NCBI GenBank assembly: GCA_964016885.1
Contig: OZ024744.1
Span: 77,624,001-77,688,000, forward strand
Source: Eledone cirrhosa
Lineage: Eukaryota
DNA length: 64,000 nt
Direction: 5' to 3'
In this document: positions 1-11,908 of the stretch, one piece after another
How the letters are laid out: every line of letters starts with the position of its first letter
How positions within the stretch are numbered: the stretch's first letter is position 1
The notes under the pieces: model-generated
The model's database searches: none
Seen by the model: the letters and a program-made list of their open reading frames with translations, nothing else
Told to the model about the DNA's origin: nothing
Position numbers and translations under genes: made by a program

Positions 1-100
1 TCGACCAATCCTACTCTCGGAGCATCGAAAACACTACCCGAAAAGAAGAACTGGTCAACATCATCGGGTGCTTCTGAAGCCGCAGATTTTTTTTTTTTTT

Positions 101-380
101 TCAGGGTCTCACTCTCTCAGAAAGGTGTTGTGACAACGTCTGGGGGCCTTTCACTCGCAAGTGGAAAAAAAAAAGAAAAGTACTATTTGGATGGCCATTG
201 ACTCTGCTGAGTTCCTCCGCCCTTTGCCGGGTCTTGTATTTCATCCCGCAGGGTGTCCAAATATCACCCTCCTCACCAAGCAAGCTTCGTGGGGTTGCCG
301 GTTTAGTCACCGACGACCCGACCATGAGACAGGTTGTACTGGGTTACATGTTACCAGTAGCACCCGAGAGCGGCTTGACG
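101..380. mobile_element. GC-rich interspersed repeat fragment, possibly a LINE/SINE UTR, abutting (TACA)n
   Basis: Abrupt GC-rich block between a T-run and a microsatellite; no convincing ORF. Confidence 0.3.
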
Positions 381-492
381 TACATACATAGATACATACA
401 TACATGAATACATACATACATACATACATACATACATACATACATACATACATACATACATACATACATACATACATACATACATACATACA
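381..492. repeat. (TACA)n microsatellite
   Basis: Direct tetranucleotide repeat. Confidence 0.97.
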
Positions 493-915
493 TCTCCACC
501 CTGATTACACCTTCAGATTTATGCCTGTGATTATTGGGGCACTGGGATATGTTAGTAATTGCCTCAATACAAATCTTGAGAAGCTAGGCTTCACAGGAAC
601 AGAAAGAACACAACTAGTTAGGAAATGTCAAGTACAATCCATTAATGGAACAGTAAAAATATGTAAAACATTCCAAAAAATTTGCATCTAATAACTGCAT
701 ATACACATGTACAGATACAAAGCATATACACATGCACACATACAACTCAAAACATACACATCCACACATACAATAACATCCATATCTACACATGCATGCA
801 TACATACATATCTACCTAGTTGATGTTGTGTAAATTCCAATGAGAGAGTCTTGTGTCTATGTTAGAAACCGACTCTCTCTCTATTGGTAAAACTTTGTGA
901 AATTATAAAACCAGA
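492..915 (+). mobile_element. 3' end of an R4/Dong-like (REL endonuclease) non-LTR retrotransposon
   Basis: Translates HPDYTFRFMPVIIGALGYV...QSINGTVKICKTF (P-V-I-I-G-A-L-G REL C-terminal motif); 3' UTR similar to the minus-strand copy at 29.8-31.0 kb. Confidence 0.7.
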
Positions 916-1521
916 AGAACATACATACATACACAAATATATGTATGCATGTATGTTTGTGTGTGTGTGTGTGTTTTTGTTTGTTTTTTATATAAATTCT
1001 AAATTACAACGAAACGTATGAAAGATGCTTATCTCTAAATTCTGAAGTGAAGACTAAGAAATATACTGTAACTCCTGTATAATTCTTTGGTTTATCAAAA
1101 GGACCTTTTCCGCAGGAAATATTTTCAATTCAGTACTTCAAACCGAAGGATATCTTGTTGATTTCATTCTTCTACTGGAACTATAACCAAACCTGTCAAC
1201 TTCCCCCGTCCGACGGGGACATCTCCCAGCCACTTTGGGGTGGGTGAGAAATGTCTTATCTTGTGAAAATGGGTATAGCTTTCATTATGTAAAATCTCCA
1301 CATTTGGCCTCATTTTCTCCTCGGTTTTGGGGCACTTTTTTTCAAGATACTCCCCGTTTGGGCTTTTAGTGGTTGGCAGGACTGTATAACCGACATGGGG
1401 TAACACAACACTTAGAACTACGATGAAAGGGGGTCAGTGAGAGTTAAGTTTTTTCGCTGCAGATTCTAGGCATTGCAGTTTCCAAAGGAAAAAAAACGCA
1501 TTTGGAGTGACCAAATCAGCA

Positions 1522-1742
1522 GGAAGGTGGATTGGCAGTATCGGTAGAGCGTCGGATAACATGCTTTGTGGCATAGAGTTACGATCCTTTGCGTTTTGAT
1601 TTCAAATCCTGTCGAGATTAGTTTTGCCTTTCATCCTTACGGGGTCGATAAAATAAAGTACCAGTGATGCACTGAGGTTGATTTAATCGACTTTCCCCGC
1701 CTCTTCAAATTGCTGGCCCTGTACCAAATGTATGAATAATTT
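1522..1742 (+). mobile_element. tRNA-derived SINE family A (Meta/MESC-like core)
   Basis: Box A-like TGGCAGTATCGG, box B-like TTCAAATCC, core TTGCCTTTCATCCTTACGGGGTCGATAAAATAAAGTACCAG; many copies in the window. Confidence 0.9.
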
Positions 1743-2032
1743 TTAAGCCGGTGTTTGGAACATAACTTACATAAAATTGCTGGCCTTGAGCCTATAGTAT
1801 AAACCATTAATTAATTTCCCCGTTGAAAAGAACACCCATTTGAAGAAGATATATGATGTGGTTAAGAATCGAATATAAAAAAGAAGAAAGAAAGGAAGGA
1901 AGCCGATTGTCAGATCGAGCCAAGGAAATTAGGCATCTGTTGGTCTTTACATTACCATTTTTTTACAAGAGAGGAAAAATTATTTTATTTCAAAGTACTC
2001 AAATATATTCCTAGGATAAAATTCCTTTAAAA

Positions 2033-2223
2033 AATAATTGTTTCTACTTTAGGCACAAGGCCAGCAATTACCCAGTGCATTACTGGTACTTTTATTTTAT
2101 CGACCCCGTAAGGATGAAAGGCAAAGTCAACCTCGGCGGGATTTGAACTCAGATCGTAAAGGTACGTAACTATGCTGGAAAGCATGGCGTCCGACCCTCT
2201 ACCGATACTGCCAATCCACCACC
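2033..2223 (-). mobile_element. SINE family A
   Basis: Reverse complement of the same head, core and tail. Confidence 0.92.
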
Positions 2224-2836
2224 CTTACTTTAAATTCTTTAAATTCCTTTAAAAAATAATAAAGAATTTAATATTAAGTCAAACATAAAGAAAAAAGAAA
2301 GTAGTATTGGAAAGGACTATAAATGCTATTAATGAGAGGAAAGGGAGAGAAAGAGCAAGGATTATTAGGCAACGGAAGAAAGCAAGGGGGAAGGGGAGAA
2401 GGTGACAGACTTTACACCTAAGCTGGAGTGGTGTTTCGGTTGCGCTGCACGGACAAAAGGGTAAAGGCATTTCCATGGAAAAATGGCCAGCGATAAACCA
2501 TTGCAACAGAGACCCCCACCTCACTGGGATCCTTCCTCAGACGAGCGAGGACGAGCTGCTGTCATTCCAATTTTACGAAGGAGGTCAGCTGTACTATATA
2601 TATCAGTCGCAGCTCCTGGCAGAATTATACAATTCTAGGATTTTTTCAAGACACTGACGCGTATGTGTGTATGTGTGAGCGTGTGTGTATGTACATATGT
2701 ATACATTTATATGTGTGAGTATATAAATATAAACGTGTAAACACAGACACTCTTACAAATGGAACGCCAGCTGCTATTTTGCTACAGTTTTTTCAACACC
2801 TCCTGCCTTCCTTTTACATACACATACATTCACACT

Positions 2837-3895
2837 GGCAGCAGACGTAAAGAGAGAGGAGTAGTATGAGGTAGTCAAACTACTCCTCTCTCTTTATGTG
2901 TTGTGCGCAGGCAGCAGACGTAAAGAGAGGGGAGTAGTATGAGGTAGTCAAACTACTCCTCTCTCTTTACCTGTTGTACGCAGGCAGCATACGTAAAGAG
3001 AGAGGAGTAGTATGAGGTAGTCAAACTACTCCTCTCTCTTTATGTGTTGTACGCAGCCAGCTTACGTAAAGAGAGAGGAGTAGTATGAGGTAGTCAAACT
3101 ACTTCTCTCTCTTTACCTGTTGTATGCAGGCAGCATACGTAAAGAGAGGTGAGTAGTATGAGGTAGTCAAACTACACCTCTCTCTCTCTTTACCTGTTGT
3201 ACGCAGGCAGCATATGTAAGGAGAGGGGAGTAGTGTGAGGTAGTCAAACTACATCTCTCTCTCTTTACCTGTTGTATGCAGGCAGCAGACGTAAAGAGAG
3301 GGGAGTAGTATGAGGTAGTTAAACTACACCTCTCTCTCTTTATGTGTTGTACGCAGGCAGCAGACGTAAAGAGAGGGGAGTAGTATGAGGTAGTTAAACT
3401 ACACCTCTCTCTCTTTATGTGTTGTACGCAGGCAGCAGACGTAAAGAGAGGGGAGTAGTATGAGGTAGTCAAACTACACCTCTCTCTCTTTACCTGTTGT
3501 ATGCAGGCAGCAGACGTAAAGAGAGGGGAGTAGTATGAGGTAGTTAAACTACACCTCTCTCTCTCTTTATGTGTTGTACGCAGGCAGCAGACGTAAAGAG
3601 AGGGGAGTAGTATGAGGTAGTTAAACTACACCTCTCTCTCTCTTTACATGTTGTACGCAGACAGCAGACGTAAAGAGAGGGGAGTAGTATGAGGTAGTTA
3701 AACTACACCTCTCTCTCTCTTTACATGTTGTACGCAGACAGCAGACGTAAAGAGAGGGGAGTAGTATGAGGTAGTCAAACTACACCTCTCTCTCTCTCTT
3801 TACATGTTGTACGCAGGCAGCATATGTAAAGAGAGAGGAGTAGTATGAGTTAGTCAAACTACTTCTCTCTCTCTCTCTCTCTCTCTCTCTTTACG
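2837..3895. repeat. Tandem array of 14 hairpin units (73-79 bp)
   Basis: Unit GGCAGCAGACGTAAAGAGAGAGGAGTAGT-ATGAGGTAGTCAA-ACTACTCCTCTCTCTTTACCTGTTGTACGCA with an internal inverted repeat of about 19 bp. Confidence 0.95.
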
Positions 3896-4162
3896 TGTGG
3901 TGACAGAATCACAGAAGTTTATATACAGATAATAAAAAAAAATAATAATCGAATCTGAAAACGAAGTGTTCAGTAACGTGATTTTCGAACCTTATAAGAT
4001 CTGCCTTTGAAAGATTACTGACCTTTTATGGAGAGTGTGGCGCAAGTGAATATAATGATTCAACCATTGGTGATTATTATCTACACTAACATAAAACATA
4101 TTGTACAACTATAACAGAAGCTGTTTCCAGTCAAAAGGAAGAATCATTGATTTAAATAATAC

Positions 4163-4163
<1 letters not shown>

Positions 4164-4235
<72 letters not shown>

Positions 4236-4417
4236 CCTCTTTCTCTCTCTCTCATCCTTCTCCCTCTTCCTTCGTTCTCTCCCCCCCCTAACATATATAT
4301 ATATATATATATATAAATATATACATATAATATCCCTCTTTCCTCACTCCTCTCTCTTTCTCTACGTATATATATATATATATATATATATAATATCTCG
4401 CTCTCTCCCCTCTCTCC

Positions 4418-4486
<69 letters not shown>

Positions 4487-4522
4487 ACTCACTCTCCTAT
4501 CTCTCTCACACTCTCTCTCCTC

Positions 4523-4557
<35 letters not shown>

Positions 4558-4825
4558 CGCTCTCCCTACATATATATATCACTCTCTCCTTTCTCTCTTC
4601 TTTCTCTCACCTCTCTCCTATTTCACTTTCTTCTTTCTCTCTCCTCTCTCGTCTTTCTCCCTCTCCTCTCTCTCCTCTCTCATTTTTCTCCTCCGTCTCA
4701 TCTCTCTCATCTCTCCTCTTTCTCGTTCCTCTCTCTCTCTCTCATCTCTCTCTTCTCTCTCTTTCACCTCTCCTTTCCCTCTCCACTCTCCTTTCCTTCT
4801 CCCTCCCTCTCTCTTTGCAATCTCC
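4164..4825. repeat. (CT)n/(TA)n polypyrimidine low-complexity tract
   Basis: Direct observation. Confidence 0.9.
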
Positions 4826-5649
4826 TTAACATCCATCGCTTTTTATTTTACTGATTTTCTTTGATAAGGAAAAAATGAATGAATAAATAAATAAGTAAAT
4901 AAAAACTGACCAAAGTTTTGAAGGTTATCAGAATTAGTGTACGTTTATTGATTGATATGATAGAACCTTTCAATCAAATAGAAAGGGTCTCTTTGATCAG
5001 CTCGCTTTGCTTCAACGACGTTTAATATCTATGAGAAAAAGGCTGATGCGTGGCTATCGAATACAATAAATTGTATCATCATTGGAAGCAGTTAACCTAT
5101 ATTTAGATTCCAGCTTCCTTCCATTGACCCAAGATGTAAGATATTCATTAGAGAAGCCATGACGCCTATTGCCTATAGCACCATGACGCCTATTGCCTAT
5201 AGACAAGCTTTTGAAGTTAATTGTGGAGTATGAGAATCAAAGCATGTTGTCAGTGACTCATTACTATTAGAAAAAGATGTGAAAGAAAGTGAGAAAGTGA
5301 GGCTATTTTTCAGAAATCACCATAATTCTAAAAACAAGATCAGATTTAGGTGTATCAAAATGAATCGATTAATTGTTACGTCTGTGACTCACTGTAACTC
5401 GGCAAAGATCCAATGATGTCCAAGAGTATCTGTTGGAAATAATTAGATTAATGGCTTAATGTTCACATTCAACGTGGTCAACAAATAAGCACACTAGAAA
5501 TTAGGTTAAATTCGTTGATCTATTTAAATTTTATGAACTATGTTTATTATACAGAGTTTCAAATCTTACAACCTCTGATAGCGTTCAGTGCCCCATCGCC
5601 CACCCCTCACACCAAACACAAGCAATTATGCATGTATGTGTATGTATAC

Positions 5650-5688
<39 letters not shown>

Positions 5689-5842
5689 GTGTCTATGTGC
5701 GTGGGCGTGTATGAGTGCGTGTGCGTATATATTATATGAATATATATATATATATATGAATGGACCTGTTATTTTTATCTAAAGACATTTTTTTCTAATT
5801 CAAACCTGCCCGTCCCTTCAATCTATCTTACTTCTCGTTCTT

Positions 5843-5878
5843 TCTTCTGACGAAGGACTAGCATCAGAAACATTAAGA
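5843..5878 (+). ncRNA. Degenerate minimal hammerhead ribozyme motif (same family as 27599-27634)
   Basis: TCTT-CTGACGA-AGGACTAGCATCA-GAAA-CATT-AAGA; stem II damaged. Confidence 0.5.
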
Positions 5879-5966
5879 CCCTCTTCCTGCTATTTCAAGC
5901 GTTAACCTAATACATTCCTTCCATATACCGTACCGATTGTGTTGTTATTTCTGTTTACCTTTTACT

Positions 5967-6041
<75 letters not shown>

Positions 6042-6375
6042 ACACACATATATATCAGGTGGGCTTCAATTTGAAACTGGGTTAGATCATTACTCAACAG
6101 AGTACTCAATAGTTGGTGTAGTAGAGTATAGTCATATTATGAGGACGGGACCCGACGGCTGAGCTCCTACCGTTTCAACAACTAGTTCCAGACTATATAT
6201 AATATATATACATAACTAACCGAAATTGAGTGTATTCCCAGCGGTCAGCTGATGATACAGTGATATTTCTGTTTATCTGTTGCCCACTGAGCTTCCTGTG
6301 TCAGATTACCTCGTTCTCTGTTGTTCTCGTTGTCTGTTCTCAGATTTTAACTTTACATACATATACTTACGTACC

Positions 6376-6462
<87 letters not shown>

Positions 6463-6570
6463 TATATATATATATATATATACTATATATATATATAATT
6501 GACGGACTTGAGAAAAAGGATTCAATACCGACGTAGAGTTTAAATATTCATTTAAAGGATAAGTGGTCAC

Positions 6571-6651
<81 letters not shown>

Positions 6652-7507
6652 CATCCTCTCCCCGCAAACACACTCACAGAGTCAATCCCACTTAGCTGCA
6701 GAGTTTCCGAGATTAAAATTTATGTACAGTTAGACGGTTTATGCAATTTAACTGAATCCTTATAGTTATAGATAATAAATAAGGAGGTTTTCCAAATATC
6801 TTCATCAATAAGGTATTCTGCATATATTATACGTGTATGGATTATATATTATAATAAAACCAAAATAAAACTTACTCTATTCTTTTTATGTACACATAAT
6901 AATTTAGTTATGTTCTACCCATTCCCAGATTTTTTTTTGTTGATATATATATTGACATGATAATCGTTATTTTCTATATATTTTTTAATGCCCTTTGATA
7001 TTCTTCAATCATCCAAGTTTAACTAGATTCATATGCTGCGCCAATAACTTTTACACACTTTGAATTATTCAACAAGTGTTTTGTTCGCCAAGAAAAAAAA
7101 ATGCTGGCAATCACTGGCTAAAACGATCTATAAAAATAACAATTAAATGTCAGCTATTCGCCATCTTTTTACAAATATTATCTACAGATGTTTTTTTCTT
7201 TCTTTTTTTTTTTATTGCAGAATTGTATAAGGCAATGAAGAATAAAATAAAATTGCACCGGAATCTGAACTTTGATAGTTTTTCATTCATTAAAACACTA
7301 TAAATAACTCGAATACATCTGACGCCATTAATAACGAAGTATTCTCGGCTGTCATTTCAAATGGATAATTTGAAATGTAAGATAAACCCGCTTTAATAAG
7401 CATACAATTCAGCTTCGCTCTGATAACACTATTCGGATTAGTTCGTCGTGATGTTTAATGAAAATAGAGAGTGCTGATTGGAGTGGAGCGGATCAGAGTT
7501 TTTCTAG

Positions 7508-7576
7508 AGATCACCTTCTGACGAAGATCACCTTCTGACGAAGATCACCTTCTGACGAAGATCACCTTCTGACGAA
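7508..7576. repeat. 4 x 17-bp tandem repeat AGATCACCTTCTGACGA
   Basis: Perfect direct repeats at the end of an RTE fragment. Confidence 0.95.
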
Positions 7577-8400
7577 TTAAATAGGACAATTTCGTCTGCA
7601 AATTCCAGCCGGCTGATCCTACAACCGCCAATTTTGATACCACTTCCAACCCGGCTGCGCATGTCAATTCAATTCATGAAGATTATAAAGATGAATGGTG
7701 ACAATACAAACGTTTGGCAGTCCGACACCCACATTGAATGGTTTCGACTTATTCAAACACAAATGCTAGGGCATTCCTATATGGATTTCAAGGTAACAAG
7801 AAGCTGTCCGCCGAACCTTTATTTGGAATGTGATTGTATGTCTTTTCGAGGTCCACGAAACAAGAATACACCCACCTCTAGATTTCTCGAAGACCTGCCG
7901 CAGAATGAATATTTAGTCAGTTGTGCTACGCCAGGGGCGAAAACCACACAGTTTGTCAGCTAGCTTGAACTCGACAGTTTTTACATCTCTTTACTAGACA
8001 CTTAGCGTAGACTTTACCGAGGAGGTTTAACAAGGATTTCCTCTATAATTAATGCAATCCCTCACGCTCCCCCCCCCCCCTTTTTTTGAAAATTGGGATT
8101 TTCACTTCCGATTGCCATTGCTTTAGTACCTTTCCAGAAATCCAGGCCACCCAGCACACACGAGTCAGTCAGAGAATATTTTCTCTTTTTAAGGTTTTTA
8201 TTATCTCAGGTCGAATTTCTTCCTCCTCTGAGGCCTTCCTACATTTGAGTCCTTTAATTGCTCTTGTGATCTGAGCCTCCTAAAGGTTAGTTTTCGCCCC
8301 AAGATGCACCTCATGTACATCAGAAGATATTGTTGTATCTGGATTTAGGAGATCAACAAAGTATTCTCTCCACTTCAAAGAGACCAGACGTGTTCCCGAT
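7577..8400 (-). mobile_element. Decayed RTE-clade LINE reverse transcriptase fragment
   Basis: Minus-strand peptides WREYFVDLLNP, AIKGLKCRKASEEEEIRPEIIK, WQSEVKIPIFKK, GIKIGGCRISRLEFADEIVL (FADD-like), with stops and frameshifts. Confidence 0.8.
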
Positions 8401-8434
8401 AGCAGACGCTGAGAGAGATTTCTTATTAATGAAT

Positions 8435-8760
8435 GGAGACTGTTCAGCTCGGCAGTTTCTGCCTCAGTTGTTAAATGCTACGAGCAAGAGCAGCTCAGTG
8501 TGGGCTGGGTAGAATGAGGACGCCCTGTTTCAATCAGGAAGTTAAAGACTCATTCCGAGGAAAGGAGGCTTACAAATCCTGGCTTTGAAATAAGTCATCC
8601 TACTTGCACTCGCGGTACAAGCAGGCGCGAAAAGTCGCAGCAGAAACAGTAAAAACGTCCAAGGTTAAGACATGGGAAGACTTTAGGGTTAAATTGGAAT
8701 CCGACTTTAGATCAATAAATAAATTAAACTGGCAGACCATCTACCAACTTCGTAATAAGA
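8435..8760 (+). mobile_element. RTE LINE endonuclease-RT linker fragment, inverted relative to its neighbour
   Basis: TPCFNQEVKDS...RYKQARKVAAETVKTSKVKTWEDFRVKLESDF...WQTI, typical of RTE ORF2 upstream of the RT domain. Confidence 0.7.
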
Positions 8761-9467
8761 GCCCCCCCCCCCCCATCTAGGATTCTATCTAGGATTTTCC
8801 ACTTGATGTGAAAGTCAATATTATGCTCCTTTAAATTCCACGTGCAACATGTTAATGTTGCTGAGACTACTGGATGATGTATAGTTGAAGAAACACAACC
8901 AAAATCTATTTTCCACTATACTAATGTAGTGTTTCCATTCAGTTGTGTGGTTTGGTTTAGTAGAGCTGAATTCTGTTCCATATATCATATGCGCTTACAT
9001 TTTCTGTGTATATATTATTTATACAGTATTTATGCTTATGCTTAAACTTGCATTCGTTCGTTTAAATACCTCGTTATTTTTTTCCGGTTCACTGCACGCT
9101 GAGTTCAATTCCCGCTGAGATCAGGTCAACATTACCGCTCATCCTTCCGCGATCGATAAACAGGTATTCCATGGATGGTGGATCGGCAGAATTGCTAATG
9201 AGTTAGTATATGATCTGGCTCTGAGCATTCTGAGTTCAAATTCCTCCGCCTTCTCCTAGGAATCGTAACCGGAAGATAGTATCAGCATTGGAAAGACCAA
9301 TGGAAACATTGTTTCCTTGGTCCAATCTAACGATCAGTTTTTTTTCTTTCCTTTGTATTTATACGGATCTTTACTTATCTGTTCGACTGTTCGTAACGTC
9401 TTCTCTTTACTTTTATATATGTGCGTATGTGTTTTTGTGTATATATATAATATAATATAATATAATA

Positions 9468-9650
9468 TAATTGTTTCTACTTTAGGCACAAGGCCAGCAA
9501 TTATCCCAGTGTATTACTGGTACTTTATTTTATCGACCCCGTAAGGATGAAAGGCAAAGTTAACCTCGGCGGGATTTGAACTCAGAATGGCAAGAGACGT
9601 AACTCTATGCGTCAAAGCATGGCGTCCGACTCTCTACCGATACTGCCAAT
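9468..9650 (-). mobile_element. SINE family A inserted in (ATAAT)n
   Basis: Same consensus; ATAAT repeats on both flanks. Confidence 0.92.
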
Positions 9651-9928
9651 AATATAATATAATATAATATAATATAATATAATATAATATAATATAATAT
9701 AATATAATATAATATAATATAATATAATATAATATAATATAATATAATATAATATAATATAATATAATATAATATAATATAATATAATATAATATAATAT
9801 AATATAATATAATATAATATAATATAATATAATATAATATAATATAATATAATATAATATAATATAATATAATATAATATAATATAATATAATATAATAT
9901 AATATAATATAATATAATATAATATAAT
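9648..9928. repeat. (AATAT)n pentanucleotide microsatellite
   Basis: Perfect repeat of about 280 bp. Confidence 0.98.
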
Positions 9929-10161
9929 TTTAAACGATATATTTAGATATTTCAATTGAGAAACTAACTAGGTTTAATACATATATACGTATATAACAAA
10001 TACAATTATAGGTGTTAAATAAAAACATTACTCACATAACGAATATGTTATACTTAAATGGCCGTACTTCCAAATATGACCATCCAATCATAGACAGATC
10101 TGAGAAACATTATCTATAAATATTTTGATTAAATAAATAAATAAATATTTTGATTAAACCT

Positions 10162-10216
<55 letters not shown>

Positions 10217-10277
10217 ACAAGTAAGTATGTTTTGAAACAGTGAGCAGGTTTGAAATTAGTTATAACGGAATTTTACC

Positions 10278-10326
<49 letters not shown>

Positions 10327-10528
10327 TTCACCGTATTTTTAAAAAAATTTAGCCTGATAATGGGGTTTAGAAACCTCAGATAAAGGGAAAAAAGATGAGT
10401 ATTGACGTACAGTCAATACTCATCTTTTTCCAGTTATCTGAGGGTTCTAAATCCCATTATCAGGCTAAAATTTCTTTAGTAAAAAATATACGGTGAAAGA
10501 TATATATATATATATATATATACATATA

Positions 10529-10694
10529 CAGGTAAAATTCCGTTATAACTAATATTATTATAACGAATTTTTCAGAACGAAATTTTTTCAATCCCCGCCA
10601 CACGCTCGAGGTGTTAGGTCGATCTCGTTATAAAGAATTGTTCGTTACAACGAATTTTTTTACCCGTGAATTTCGTTATAACGGAATTTCACTG
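10529..10694. mobile_element. Tc1/mariner-pogo (Tigger-like) MITE
   Basis: TA|CAGGTAAAATTCCGTTATAAC ... GTTATAACGGAATTTCACTG|TA. Confidence 0.75.
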
Positions 10695-11688
10695 TATATA
10701 CTGTATTATAAGGAGTCCGTTGCGTATTCTTTGAGCTCATTAAATTACAGGGGATTAACGCGAGTTTTTAACTCCGTATTTTTCATTTGATATATATATG
10801 TGTGTTATAGGAATTTTCATTATTTCCAAACCATTTTTTTCTCAATTCTACTATTTCATTATTTATTTCTGTTTATCTACAAGCTTCATTATTTTATTCA
10901 TTAATCTTATTTTGTTTTACTTATTTTCTTATCTTCCTATAAATTATTTATCAATAACTACCACTAATTTATAAAACTCTTATATTTTTTCTAAATACGT
11001 TTTCACTATTTTTAAATCCATTAACATTAACCACCTCCTTTATTTTTTCATTTTTTTTAATACTCGAACAAACTCTTTGAACTTAATAATTCTACCGATC
11101 CACCTGCTCTTAATAACAACTGTAATTTATTTAATTGTGATTGTTTGACCAAAGATATCGTTTAGCAATGTAGAATCACAACTATTGACTCTGCAAAGAC
11201 TTACATCAGTCTCACTGCCACCTATTTCAAAACCAGGTAACGCCAGTAAATACAAACTTTCGACAAAACTCTTAATGCACAATGGGAATAAAAATTAAAA
11301 GAACAGTTATATACTCTAAAGCCTACTAAATAAAAATTCGAGTGGACTGTGTTGGCAACTTTTAAAATCGTACAAACCAAGGACTGTATTCAACAGACTT
11401 CCGAAAGGTCGTTTTCTTGCAAGCATAACAGCTTTTTATAGCACATAAGTATTTCCAATTCATACTTACTCCAAAATGGACTCAACCCACCCTGCACCTG
11501 CGGTAACTAAACCAGCACATGCAAAGGCCCCACCTTCCTACCCCTATTCCCAAATGTTCATACCTCCACACACTCATATGTAGAATCCCTTGAACGCACT
11601 ACTTTACAAACCTACGTCATTTTGCCTTCCTTCAGCTACTGATACTCATTCAAACCTTACCTACACCAGGCATGTCAAACCCCTACAC

Positions 11689-11908
11689 CAGGCATGTCAA
11701 ACTGAGGGTCTCTCGAGGGCCACATGGGTCACATATGTGTTGTCTGAGGGCCACACGCGACAACTAATTGCACACATTATAACTAATTGTTTTTCATTTT
11801 ATATTACAAATATAAAACATGCTCGCGCTGTAAAAATCTTTGTACCGGCCGCAGGTGTGCTTGTAAAGGGCTGCAAGCCGCCTGCGGGTAGCATGTTTGA
11901 CATGCCTG
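11689..11908. mobile_element. hAT (Charlie-like) MITE
   Basis: 14-bp TIR CAGGCATGTCAAAC/GTTTGACATGCCTG; 8-bp TSD CCCTACAC/CTCTACAC. Confidence 0.88.

Noticed and set aside
101-380. HDV-like ribozyme in a possible RTE UTR
   Set aside because: Could not assemble the nested double pseudoknot by eye on either strand
835-880. Hammerhead-like spacing in the R4/Dong 3' UTR (CCAATGAG...GAAACCG)
   Set aside because: No CUGA in either copy and stem II does not pair
2837-3895. Canonical let-7 gene cluster or CRISPR array
   Set aside because: The let-7 match lies in the loop, covers only 9 contiguous nt and has no star arm; no unique spacers or cas genes, and the context is eukaryotic
11130-11660. Possible very old LINE 3' remnant
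   Set aside because: Too degenerate to support a family call
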